The notes under the pieces are model-generated. The model was not told the DNA's origin and did no database searches. It worked only from the letters and a program-made list of their open reading frames with translations. A stretch of 64,000 nt of DNA from NCBI GenBank assembly GCA_964635055.1, contig CAZWMT010000006.1:70896-134895 (forward strand). Direction: 5' to 3'. This DNA is from an uncultured Microthrixaceae bacterium. GTDB lineage: Bacteria; Actinomycetota; Acidimicrobiia; Acidimicrobiales; DATDAH01. Below, piece after piece: positions 1-8,476 of this stretch (the first letter of the stretch is position 1; each line of letters opens with the position of its first letter). The position numbers and the translations under genes were made by a program.

Positions 1-2
1 TG

Positions 3-2261
3 TTGGGCACCGAGACCCGTCGTCGGGCGTGCCGGGTGCTGCTCGCACCCACCGTCAACCTGCACCGCTCACCCCTCGCCGGCCGCAACTTCGAGTGCTA
101 CTCGGAGGACCCGCTGCTGTCCGGCCTCCTCGCGGCCGCGTTCGTCCGTGGCGCCCAGTCGCAGGGTGTGGCCACGACCGTGAAGCACTTCGTGGGCAAC
201 GACGCCGAGTTCGAGCGCCTGACCATGAGCTCGGTGATCGACGAGCGCACCCTCCGTGAGCTCTACCTGGTGCCGTTCGAGATGGCCGTTCGCCAGGGCG
301 GCAGCCTCGGGGTGATGACCGGCTACAACCGGGTGAACGGCACCTGGTGCGCCGAGCACGGGCCGCTGCTGTCGACGCTGCGCGACGAGTGGGGATTCGA
401 AGGATTCGTGGTGACCGACTGGTACAGCGTGGCCTCGGCCACCGCCTCGTCCGCCGCGGGCCTCGACCTCGAGATGCCGGGACCGGCGCGGGCCTACGGT
501 GACGCCCTCGCCGAAGCGGTGCGGTCGGGCGTGGTGGACGAGGCGACCGTCGACGCCATCGTGAGCCGCCTGCTGTCGGTCTACGAGCGCATCGGGGCCC
601 TCGACGACACCGGCGACGAGCCCGCGACCTCCGTCGACGACCCCGCCGATCGGGCGCTCACCCGGGAGGCCGCCGTCGCCTCGATCGTCCTGCTCACCAA
701 CAACGGCCTGCTCCCGCTCGACGCCACCGCGCTCACCCGGGTCGCGGTCGTCGGCCCCAACGCCGACCGGGCGGTGATCATGGGCGGCGGGTCGGCCCGG
801 GTCATGCCGGCCTACCTCACCACACCCCTCGAGGCCATCCGCCGGCGGCTCGGCGACGACGTGGAGATCGTGCACGAGCCAGGCGTCGACATCACCCGCA
901 CCGCGCCCACGCTCGCGCTCGATCTCACCTACGAGTTCTGCGCCGGTCCGGACGATCCCGAGCCCAGGAAGGTCCTGAGGTCCGAGTCGCGGGCCACCGC
1001 CGAGCTGTTCGCGTTCGGGCCGCCGACGGGCGTGCCGGAGGGGTTCACCCTCCGGGCGACCGGGCGCTGGACACCCCCGACCGGCGGGCCGTTCGAGCTC
1101 TCGCTCATCCAGGCGGGCGGCACCCGCCTGACGGTGGACGGCACGGTGGTCATCGACGGCATCGCCGACCCCCCGCCGCCCGGGCGCAGCTTCTTCGGCG
1201 GTGGCAGCGCCCAGGCCACCGCCACCGTCGAGCTCGAGGCCGGCACACCGGTCGACGTGGAGATCGACTTCGAGGCCACCAGCCCGCACGGCATCCACGC
1301 CTTCAAGGTCGGCGGCCGCCCGCTGCTGCCAGACGATGCGCTGGAGCGGGCCGCCCGCGCCGCCGCCGGCGCCGATGTGGCCATCGTCGTCGTCGGCACC
1401 GACCACGAGTGGGAGTCGGAGGGTGCCGACCGCGAGTCCTGGGCGCTGCCGGGCGACCAGCACGCCTTGATCGACGAGGTGTGCCGGGCGAACCCGAACA
1501 CGGTCGTGGTGGTCAACGCGGGGTCGCCGGTCGACCTGTCCTGGGTCGACTCGGGGGTCGCGGTGGTGCAGGCCTGGTTCGGCGGCCAGGAGATGGCCGC
1601 GGCGGTCGCCGCGGTGCTGGTCGGCGACGTCGACCCGGGCGGTCGCCTGCCCACGACCCAGCCCATGGCCATCGAGCACAACCCGGCGTTCGGCAACTTC
1701 CCCGGCGAGAGCGACGAGGTGCGCTACGGCGAGGGCCTGCTGATGGGGTACCGGTGGTACGAGGCCCGCCGGCTGCCGGTGCGCTTCCCGTTCGGCCACG
1801 GCCTGTCGTACACCACCTTCACGTTCGGTGAGCCCGTGCTGTCGTCGGCCACGTTCGCCGAGGGCGACACCCTGACCGTGGGGGTTCCCGTCACCAACAC
1901 GGGCGACCGGCCGGGCTCGGAGGTGGTGCAGTGCTACGTCGAGCCGGGGCGGACGCGGGTGCAACGCCCCGTCAAGGAGCTGCGGGCGTTCGCCAAGGTG
2001 CATCTCGACCCTGGCCAGTCGACCACCGTCGCGCTGGCCCTCGACGACCGTGCCTTCGCCTACTGGGACGTCGGCACGCGCGACGGGCCGGAGATCCGTG
2101 AGCGCCTGCCGATGGGTGGGTCCCCGGCCGCCGACGCCCCCCGTCGCACCCCTGGATGGCGCGTCGACCCGGGCATGGCGACCGTGCACATCGGCCGCTC
2201 GTCGGCGGACATCTGGCACCGAGTGCCGGTCGAGATCGTGGCGCCGGCCGCCGGCGGCTGA
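3..2261 (+). CDS. Glycoside hydrolase family 3 beta-glucosidase, 5' end cut by window edge, with PA14-like insert
   Basis: The ORF runs off the left edge. GH3 motifs are present: 'SPLAGRNFECYSEDPLL', 'KHFVGND', 'GFVVTDW'. A second alpha/beta domain follows ('VAVVGPNADRAV', 'IVVVGTDHEWESEGADR'), with an inserted PA14-like segment and a C-terminal FnIII-like tail. Confidence 0.9.
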   Translation: MGTETRRRACRVLLAPTVNLHRSPLAGRNFECYSEDPLLSGLLAAAFVRGAQSQGVATTVKHFVGNDAEFERLTMSSVIDERTLRELYLVPFEMAVRQGGSLGVMTGYNRVNGTWCAEHGPLLSTLRDEWGFEGFVVTDWYSVASATASSAAGLDLEMPGPARAYGDALAEAVRSGVVDEATVDAIVSRLLSVYERIGALDDTGDEPATSVDDPADRALTREAAVASIVLLTNNGLLPLDATALTRVAVVGPNADRAVIMGGGSARVMPAYLTTPLEAIRRRLGDDVEIVHEPGVDITRTAPTLALDLTYEFCAGPDDPEPRKVLRSESRATAELFAFGPPTGVPEGFTLRATGRWTPPTGGPFELSLIQAGGTRLTVDGTVVIDGIADPPPPGRSFFGGGSAQATATVELEAGTPVDVEIDFEATSPHGIHAFKVGGRPLLPDDALERAARAAAGADVAIVVVGTDHEWESEGADRESWALPGDQHALIDEVCRANPNTVVVVNAGSPVDLSWVDSGVAVVQAWFGGQEMAAAVAAVLVGDVDPGGRLPTTQPMAIEHNPAFGNFPGESDEVRYGEGLLMGYRWYEARRLPVRFPFGHGLSYTTFTFGEPVLSSATFAEGDTLTVGVPVTNTGDRPGSEVVQCYVEPGRTRVQRPVKELRAFAKVHLDPGQSTTVALALDDRAFAYWDVGTRDGPEIRERLPMGGSPAADAPRRTPGWRVDPGMATVHIGRSSADIWHRVPVEIVAPAAGG

Positions 2262-2298
2262 CTGGCTCCACCCCGGGTGCCCTCCTAGGCTCGCCGGG

Positions 2299-4800
2299 TT
2301 GTCCTCCACCCTGGAAACCCCTGAAGACGCGCGCGTCCACATCGATGCCGATCCCGACGACTTCGACCGGCTCGACGCCGGCGACACCCGTCGGTACTAC
2401 TTCGAGATCTTCGCGGTCTCGATGGCAGGTCTGCTGATCGAGATCAGCTACACGCGCATCATCTCCTACAAGCTCTTCTACTACTGGGTCTACCTGGTGA
2501 TCGGCCTGGCCCTGTTGGGAATCGGCTCGGGCAGCGTGTTCGTCACCATCTCGAAGCGCCTGCGGCACTCGCCGACCCGGCCCATCATCATGTGGGGCTC
2601 GCTGGCGGCCGCGCTCAGCGTGGGCGTCGGCTACCAGGTGCTCGCCCGCACGCCGATCGACACCCTGAAGATCTGGCAGTACGGCACCGGCGACTCCGTG
2701 TTCAACCTGGGTGCGCTGGTGGTCATCTCGTTCTGCCTGTTCGCCTCGTTCGTGGCCATCGGCATCATGATCGCCACGCTGTTCGGACGGAAGTCCGAGC
2801 GCATCAACCGCCTCTACTTCGCCGACCTGGCCGGCGCCGGCCTGGCCTGTGCCATCGTCGTGACCCTGGTCGGCACCATCGGGCCGCCGTCGGTGGTGTG
2901 CCTCGCCGGTGTGCTGCTGGCCGCGGTGGGGCTCCGCCTGGCCTGGGGCGGGTCGAAGGTCGCGTTGATCGGCGGGGCCGTCCTCGCGGCGGTGCTGTTC
3001 GCCGGTGTGGTGGCGCCCAGCCTGCTGCCCGACATCCAGCTCGACGGCGTGAAGGACGAGGTCACCGGCAAGGACGACGCCTTCTCGGCGTGGAGCCCGG
3101 TCTTCCGTGTCGACGCGGTCCAGGTCGACGACGACACGAAGCTGCTCTATCACGACGGGCTGCCGGGCTCGGCAATCCACCGTTACGACGGCGACCCGGC
3201 GAGCCTCAGCCGGTTCGACGACGATCCGCGGTCGCTCCCGTTCGCGGTCACGGGCGAGTCGCCCGACGACGTGATGATCATCGGCGCCGCGGGCGGCAAC
3301 GAGATCCTCACGTCGCTGTACTACGACGCCGGCCACATCGACGCCATCGAGCTCAACCCGGTCACCTTCGACCTGCTGTCCGACCGGTTCGCCGACTTCG
3401 CGGGGAACATCGCCGACGACTCGCGGGTCAACTACGTCAACGGCGACGGCCGTTCCTTCCTGGCCCGCAGCGACGACGAGTTCGCCATCGTGTGGTTCCC
3501 CGCCCCCGACAGCTACGCCGCGACCAACGCGGCCAGCTCGGGGGCGTTCGTGCTCTCCGAGAGCTACCTCTACACGAAGGAGGCGGTGACGGACAGCCTC
3601 GACCACCTGCAGGACGACGGGATCCTCGCCGCCCAGTTCGGCGAGTTCGACTACGAGCGGCGGCCCAACCGCACCACGCGGTACGTGGCCACCGCACGCG
3701 AGGCGCTGGCCGACCGGGGCATCGACGACCCGCGCGACCACATCATGGTCGCCACCACCCCCGTCCCCGCCTTCGGCGGCCAACTCGCCACCATCCTCGT
3801 GAAGGAGGCGCCGTTCACCGACGAGGAGGTGGCCCGTTTCCTGGACGGCGTGGACGCGGTCGAGGGGTCGACGCTGCGCTACGCACCCGGGCATCCCGTC
3901 GAGGGTGAGCCGGTGAGCGACCTGGTGCTGGCCCAGGGCGACGAGGTGGACGCGTTCTTCGACGCCTACCCCTACGAGGTGGGCCCCATCACCGACGACG
4001 GCCCGTTCTTCTGGCACTTCACCTCGTTCAAGACCGTGCTCGGCGACTTCACCCACTCCGTGGCCGTGGACGACCCCGACGTGCTGGAGGTGGGCGGCAT
4101 CGGCGAGCGGGTGCTGATCCTGCTGCTGATCGTGGCCACCGGCTTCGCGGCGGTGTTCCTGCTGTTGCCGTTCGTGGCCATCCGCAAGATCTTCGTGGCC
4201 CTCCCGCGCAAGGGCCGCTCGGCGCTCTACTTCGCGTCGCTCGGGTTCGGCTTCATCTTCTTCGAGGTCACGTTGATCCAACGACTCACGTTGTTCCTCG
4301 GCTACCCCACGTACTCGCTCACGGTCACGCTGGCGTCGATCCTGTTGTTCACGGGTGTCGGCGCGCTCTTGAGCGGGCGCTACGCCGATCGACCCCACCA
4401 GGTGCTACCCGTGCTGGCCGGTGCCATCGCGGCGTTGACGCTGTTCTACGCCTTCGTGCTGCCGCTCATCACCGAGTCGCTGCTGACGGCGCCGCTGCCG
4501 GTGCGCATCGTGACCGCGTTCGTGGTGCTGGCGCCCCTCGGCATCTGCCTCGGCACCTTCATGCCCCTGGGTCTCGGCGCGGTGGCGGCCATGACCGACC
4601 ACCCCTCCGAGTACGTGGCCTGGGGCTGGGCGGTGAACGGCTTCGCCTCGGTGGTGGGCTCGGTGCTCACCACCATGTTGGCCATGACCTTCGGCTTCCA
4701 GGTGGTGCTCTTCGTGGCCCTGGCCGTCTATGTGGTGGCGCTGCTGGCCCTGCGGGGCCTCGTCGGTCCCGACCGGCCCGCCGCTACCGTGGCGGCGTGA
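2299..4800 (+). CDS. Polytopic membrane protein with central spermidine-synthase-like (aminopropyl/methyltransferase fold) domain
   Basis: From ORF 2050..4800. The first hydrophobic helix ('YYFEIFAVSMAGLLIEISYTRII') begins before the ATG at 2422, so the in-frame TTG at 2299 is preferred; the start is uncertain. SpeE-like core: 'VMIIGAAGGNEILTSLYYDAGHIDAIELNP'. Blocks of TM helices lie on both sides of the soluble domain. Confidence 0.75.
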   Translation: MSSTLETPEDARVHIDADPDDFDRLDAGDTRRYYFEIFAVSMAGLLIEISYTRIISYKLFYYWVYLVIGLALLGIGSGSVFVTISKRLRHSPTRPIIMWGSLAAALSVGVGYQVLARTPIDTLKIWQYGTGDSVFNLGALVVISFCLFASFVAIGIMIATLFGRKSERINRLYFADLAGAGLACAIVVTLVGTIGPPSVVCLAGVLLAAVGLRLAWGGSKVALIGGAVLAAVLFAGVVAPSLLPDIQLDGVKDEVTGKDDAFSAWSPVFRVDAVQVDDDTKLLYHDGLPGSAIHRYDGDPASLSRFDDDPRSLPFAVTGESPDDVMIIGAAGGNEILTSLYYDAGHIDAIELNPVTFDLLSDRFADFAGNIADDSRVNYVNGDGRSFLARSDDEFAIVWFPAPDSYAATNAASSGAFVLSESYLYTKEAVTDSLDHLQDDGILAAQFGEFDYERRPNRTTRYVATAREALADRGIDDPRDHIMVATTPVPAFGGQLATILVKEAPFTDEEVARFLDGVDAVEGSTLRYAPGHPVEGEPVSDLVLAQGDEVDAFFDAYPYEVGPITDDGPFFWHFTSFKTVLGDFTHSVAVDDPDVLEVGGIGERVLILLLIVATGFAAVFLLLPFVAIRKIFVALPRKGRSALYFASLGFGFIFFEVTLIQRLTLFLGYPTYSLTVTLASILLFTGVGALLSGRYADRPHQVLPVLAGAIAALTLFYAFVLPLITESLLTAPLPVRIVTAFVVLAPLGICLGTFMPLGLGAVAAMTDHPSEYVAWGWAVNGFASVVGSVLTTMLAMTFGFQVVLFVALAVYVVALLALRGLVGPDRPAATVAA

Positions 4801-5333
4801 CCGAGCCCTCGAGCCCCGACCCGCACGACGACCATACGGGCGACACCGGCGACGGTGACGCCGACGCTGCCGACAGCGCCGATGTCGTCTCGGTCGAGCG
4901 ACTGATCCCGGCGGCGGCGGGCGACATCTTCGCCCTGCTCGCCGACGCTCGGCGCCACAAGGACATCGACGGGTCGGGCACCGTGCGCGACGCCAAGGGC
5001 GACCCCGAGCCGCTGGTGCTCGGCTCGACGTTCGGCATGTCCATGAAGATGGGCATCCCGTACTCGATGCAGAGCACGGTGGTGGAGTTCGAGCCCGACC
5101 GGCGGATCGCCTGGCAGACGCGTGGGCCCGGCCCGATCGGCAAGTACGTCGCCGGCCGGATCTGGCGCTACGAGCTCGAGCCCACCGACGGCGGCACCCT
5201 GGTGCGCGAGAGCTGGGACATCACCCACGAGTCGATGTTCACCAAGCCCGTGGTGCGCATGGCCGCCGACAAGACCCGCGCCAACATGGCCGCCACGCTC
5301 GAGCGCATCGAGCAACTCCTGGCCGGCACCTGA
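4797..5333 (+). CDS. SRPBCC (polyketide cyclase/dehydrase-like) family protein
   Basis: The GTG start overlaps the upstream stop (GTGA at 4797-4800). Size and pattern ('VERLIPAAAGDIFALLADARRHKDIDGSG...') fit the SRPBCC ligand-binding fold. Family call is from memory. Confidence 0.6.
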   Translation: MTEPSSPDPHDDHTGDTGDGDADAADSADVVSVERLIPAAAGDIFALLADARRHKDIDGSGTVRDAKGDPEPLVLGSTFGMSMKMGIPYSMQSTVVEFEPDRRIAWQTRGPGPIGKYVAGRIWRYELEPTDGGTLVRESWDITHESMFTKPVVRMAADKTRANMAATLERIEQLLAGT

Positions 5334-5335
5334 CT

Positions 5336-6142
5336 TCAGTCGACGTAGTTCGGGGGGCGATCCTCCTTGCGGGACCGGATGTACTCCTCCAGGTTCTGGG
5401 TGGTGAGGCGGATGAGCAGCTGGTTGCGGTTCTCCAGGTCGATGGCCGCCTCGAGGCTGCCGATCTCGAGCGACGACCACAGCAGCTTCTTGGTCATGGC
5501 CACGCCGTGGGTGGAGAACCCGCAGATGCGCTCGGCCAGCTCGTAGCAGGTGTCGAGCAGCTCGCCGTCGGCCACGGTGCGCGACACCAGCCCGATGCGC
5601 TCGGCCTCGTCGGCGTGCACGTCGCGGCCCGACAGGCAGATCTCGAAGGCCCGGGACGAGCCGATGGCGCGGCTGAGCGTGTAGCTGAGGCCCAGCTCGA
5701 CCGCGCCGAGGCCGTTGTTGATGCCGGCGGCGCGCCAGTAGGCGGATTGCGCGGCCACCCGGATGTCCGCCCCGAGCGACAGGCACATGCCGCCGCCGAT
5801 GGCCGGGCCGTTGACCGCGGCGATCACCGGCTGGGGCATGTGGCGCATGATCGGCACCAGCTCGCTGAAGTGCTCCATGGCCCGGATGGCCATGCGCGAC
5901 AGCGGCAGGCCCTCGCTGTTGGGCGGCATGCCGGCATCCTCCAGGTCGAGCCCGGAGCAGAAGCCGGCCCCGGAGCCGGTGAGGACCACCGCCCAGGTGT
6001 CGTTGTCCTCCCCGGCCTCGCGCAGTGCGTCGCGCAGCGGCGTCACCGTGTCGAACGACATCGCGTTCATGCGCTCCGGCCGGTTCAACGTGAGCTGGCG
6101 CACGTGCGGGCGCGGCTCGGACACCTCGAGGTAGCTGGTCAT
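5336..6142 (-). CDS. Enoyl-CoA hydratase/isomerase (crotonase) family protein
   Basis: 'LTLNRPERMNAM', oxyanion-hole segment 'GSGAGFCSGLDL', 'AAVNGPAIGGG'. Clean 268-aa ORF. Confidence 0.9.
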   Translation of the reverse strand: MTSYLEVSEPRPHVRQLTLNRPERMNAMSFDTVTPLRDALREAGEDNDTWAVVLTGSGAGFCSGLDLEDAGMPPNSEGLPLSRMAIRAMEHFSELVPIMRHMPQPVIAAVNGPAIGGGMCLSLGADIRVAAQSAYWRAAGINNGLGAVELGLSYTLSRAIGSSRAFEICLSGRDVHADEAERIGLVSRTVADGELLDTCYELAERICGFSTHGVAMTKKLLWSSLEIGSLEAAIDLENRNQLLIRLTTQNLEEYIRSRKEDRPPNYVD

Positions 6143-6162
6143 GGACGCGGACCGTACTGCCC

Positions 6163-6208
6163 TCAGCTGCTCAGCTGCTCAGCTGCTCAGCTGCTCAGCT
6201 GCTCAGCT
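6163..6208. repeat. Tandem octanucleotide repeat (TCAGCTGC) x5.75
   Basis: Read directly: units at 6163, 6171, 6179, 6187 and 6195, plus a partial unit at 6203-6208. The array fills the gap between the stop of the serine hydrolase gene (TAG at 6207-6209, minus strand) and the crotonase start (6142). Each unit contains a CAGCTG palindrome. Confidence 0.95.
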
Positions 6209-7442
6209 ATGCCAGCAGCGCCTGCTTGACCAGTTGCTTGAACTGGGCGCGGAGGGTGTAGGTGCTCGACGGGAGCAGCTGGGTGAGGAACACGGCGGTG
6301 ACGTCCTCGACCGGGTCGACCCAGAAGCCCGTCGACGCGGCCCCGCCCCACGAGAACTCGCCCGGTGACGAGGGGGTCTTGGCCGCAGCCGGGTCGATCA
6401 CCACCGCGAAGCCGAGACCGAACCCCACGCCGTCGTAGGCCGTCTCGGCGAAGGTGGACTGGCCGAACTGCTCGAGGTCGACGCCGCCCGGCAGGTGGTT
6501 GACCGTCATGTAGGCGAGGGTGCGGGGGCCGAGCAGTCGGGCACCGTCGAGCTCGCCGCCGCGACGGAGCATCTCGGTGAAGCGCAGGTAGTCGTGGGCG
6601 GTCGACACCAGTCCACCGCCGCCCGAGAAGAACCGGGGCGGCTTGCGGGCCACGTCGCCGATGGGGTCGTAGCGGAGAGCCCGGCCGGTCGTGGGTTGGG
6701 GCACGTACAGCGCTCCCAGCCGGTCGCTCTTGTCGCCGTCGGCCCAGAACGACGTGTCGCGCATGCCGAGGGGCCCGAAGACTCGATCGGCCAGGAACCG
6801 GTCGAGGGGCAGGCCGGACCACACCTCGACGAGGCGCCCCACCACGTCCGTGGCGTGCGAGTAGTTGAACCGGGTGCCGGGCTCGTTGACCAGCGGCAGG
6901 CCGGCCCAGGTGTCGACGCAACCGGCGAGGTCTCGGTCCCGGGGCGACCCGAAGTCGAACCCGGCGTCGCGGTACAGCTCGTCGGTGGGGTGCACCCGGT
7001 GGAAGCCGTAGGTGAGGCCGGCGGTGTGGGTGAGCAGGTGCCAGACCCGCACCGGCTCGGTGGCGGGGACGGTGACCGGGTGCTCGGCGGTGCCGCCGGT
7101 GAACACCCGCACGTCGGCGAAGCTGGGGATGTAGCGGCTGACCGGGTCCTTCAGCTCGAACCGCCCTTCCTCGTAGAGCATCATCGCCGCCACCGACGTG
7201 ATCGGCTTGGTCATCGAGTAGATGCGGAACACGGTGTCGTCCTCGACCGGCAGGTCGTTCTCGACGTCGCGGTGGCCGTAGCGGGCGACGTGCACCCGCT
7301 TCCCGGCCCGCGTGACCACCAACTGCCAGCCCGGCAGCCGCCCGTCGTCCACGTAGCGGGCGAAGTGGGCGTCGATGCGGGCCAGGCGGCCGGCGTCGAA
7401 CCCGGCCTCGGCGGGGTCGACCTCGGGTGTGAGCGTGGTCAT
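6207..7442 (-). CDS. Serine hydrolase, beta-lactamase (class C-related) family
   Basis: The real start is the ATG at 7442 ('MTTLTPEVD...'). It carries the SxxK motif 'YSMTKPITS'. The upstream part of the 624-aa ORF is Arg/Gly-rich junk. Confidence 0.85.
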   Translation of the reverse strand: MTTLTPEVDPAEAGFDAGRLARIDAHFARYVDDGRLPGWQLVVTRAGKRVHVARYGHRDVENDLPVEDDTVFRIYSMTKPITSVAAMMLYEEGRFELKDPVSRYIPSFADVRVFTGGTAEHPVTVPATEPVRVWHLLTHTAGLTYGFHRVHPTDELYRDAGFDFGSPRDRDLAGCVDTWAGLPLVNEPGTRFNYSHATDVVGRLVEVWSGLPLDRFLADRVFGPLGMRDTSFWADGDKSDRLGALYVPQPTTGRALRYDPIGDVARKPPRFFSGGGGLVSTAHDYLRFTEMLRRGGELDGARLLGPRTLAYMTVNHLPGGVDLEQFGQSTFAETAYDGVGFGLGFAVVIDPAAAKTPSSPGEFSWGGAASTGFWVDPVEDVTAVFLTQLLPSSTYTLRAQFKQLVKQALLA

Positions 7443-7570
7443 GGCGTGTCGGGCCTCCTCGGTCGGCGCCCCGTCGGGTTCCGACCGACCGGTTGTCGGC
7501 GGGACTCGCCGCCAGGTGGTCTCGGGGCCATGGCGGCGACGGTACTCATCGGCGGGGCGGCCGCGGCCGC

Positions 7571-8476
7571 TCACTGACCGTTGGCGCTGAAGTGCTGGTA
7601 GTCCTTGAGACTGTTCCAGACGCCGCCCCAGCTCCAGCCGACGGCGGCGAAGGCGGCCACCACGGCGTCGCCGTCGTGGATCACACCCGGCGAGGTACGG
7701 GAGCGGTCGAGGTAGGCCGAGGCCAGTTCGGGCACCACCAGGTCGCCCTTCACGTACGGGTTCAGGAACGGGTTGACGTCGATGGCCAGGCCGTAGGCGT
7801 GCTGCGACCAGGAGGTGGCCCCGGTGGTCGCCCGGCACACGAACGCCGTCGTGTTGTTGCCGTCGCCGGTGGGCGGGTAGTCGAGCTCGGGGGCGTCGAC
7901 CACCCGCATCTCCTCGATCGGGTAGCGCAGGCCGTCGAGCGCTCGGAACACCGCGACCATGTCGTCGGCCGCGGCGGCGTTCACCAGCAGCTCGCCGCGG
8001 TGGTGCTCGCCGTCGAAGCCCCAGTAGGTGACCGTCAGGTAGCGGAGCTGGTCGAGGGTGACCGGGCAGCCGGGTGACCACGTGGACCGGGCCGCCACGT
8101 CGGCGGGCACCGGGTCGTTGGTGGACTCGAACGCGTCGGACGCGGGCGGCGGCAACGGGCCCTCGATCTGGAACCGGCGATCCACCAGCTCGGGTGGCGT
8201 GGGCTGGATCTCGCCGAACCCGTCGGGGCGCAACGGCAGGACCCGGGTGCCCAGCCAGGCCGGCGGCGCGAACGGGTCGACCGTCGTGGTGGTGGGTGCG
8301 ACGGTCGTCGTGGTCACCGGCGCGGCGGTGGTGGTCGTCGCTCCAGAGGTCGGTGGCGCCGCGGTGCGCTCGCCGGCGGCGCTGCGGTCACCGGCGCCGC
8401 ACCCGGTGAGCAGGAGCGCGCCGGCCAGGGTGAGCAGCGCCGTCCTGCGGCTGGCGGAGCGACGGCGCGGGCTCAG
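7571..8476 (-). CDS. M15 family (VanY/D-Ala-D-Ala carboxypeptidase-like) metallopeptidase, probable lipoprotein
   Basis: Peptidase core: 'SWSQHAYGLAIDVNP' and 'DYQHFS'. The first canonical start (GTG 8317) falls inside a Thr/Pro linker. The same frame upstream encodes a full lipoprotein signal, 'SPRRRSASRRTALLTLAGALLLTGCGAG'. The only start-like codon there is CTG 8476, which overlaps the upstream TGA as CTGA. The 5' end is therefore uncertain. Confidence 0.7.
   Translation of the reverse strand: MSPRRRSASRRTALLTLAGALLLTGCGAGDRSAAGERTAAPPTSGATTTTAAPVTTTTVAPTTTTVDPFAPPAWLGTRVLPLRPDGFGEIQPTPPELVDRRFQIEGPLPPPASDAFESTNDPVPADVAARSTWSPGCPVTLDQLRYLTVTYWGFDGEHHRGELLVNAAAADDMVAVFRALDGLRYPIEEMRVVDAPELDYPPTGDGNNTTAFVCRATTGATSWSQHAYGLAIDVNPFLNPYVKGDLVVPELASAYLDRSRTSPGVIHDGDAVVAAFAAVGWSWGGVWNSLKDYQHFSANGQ

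Noticed and set aside
69-2387. A 772-aa antisense ORF opposite the GH3 gene. Similar giant antisense or off-frame ORFs occur at 1972..4398, 10765..12999, 16489..19086, 47761..49830, 54545..56563 and 58735..60657.
   Set aside because: Their translations are Arg/Gly/Pro/His-rich low complexity with no recognisable motifs. Each fully overlaps a gene on the other strand or frame that has clear family signatures. Long stop-free alternative frames are expected in DNA this GC-rich.
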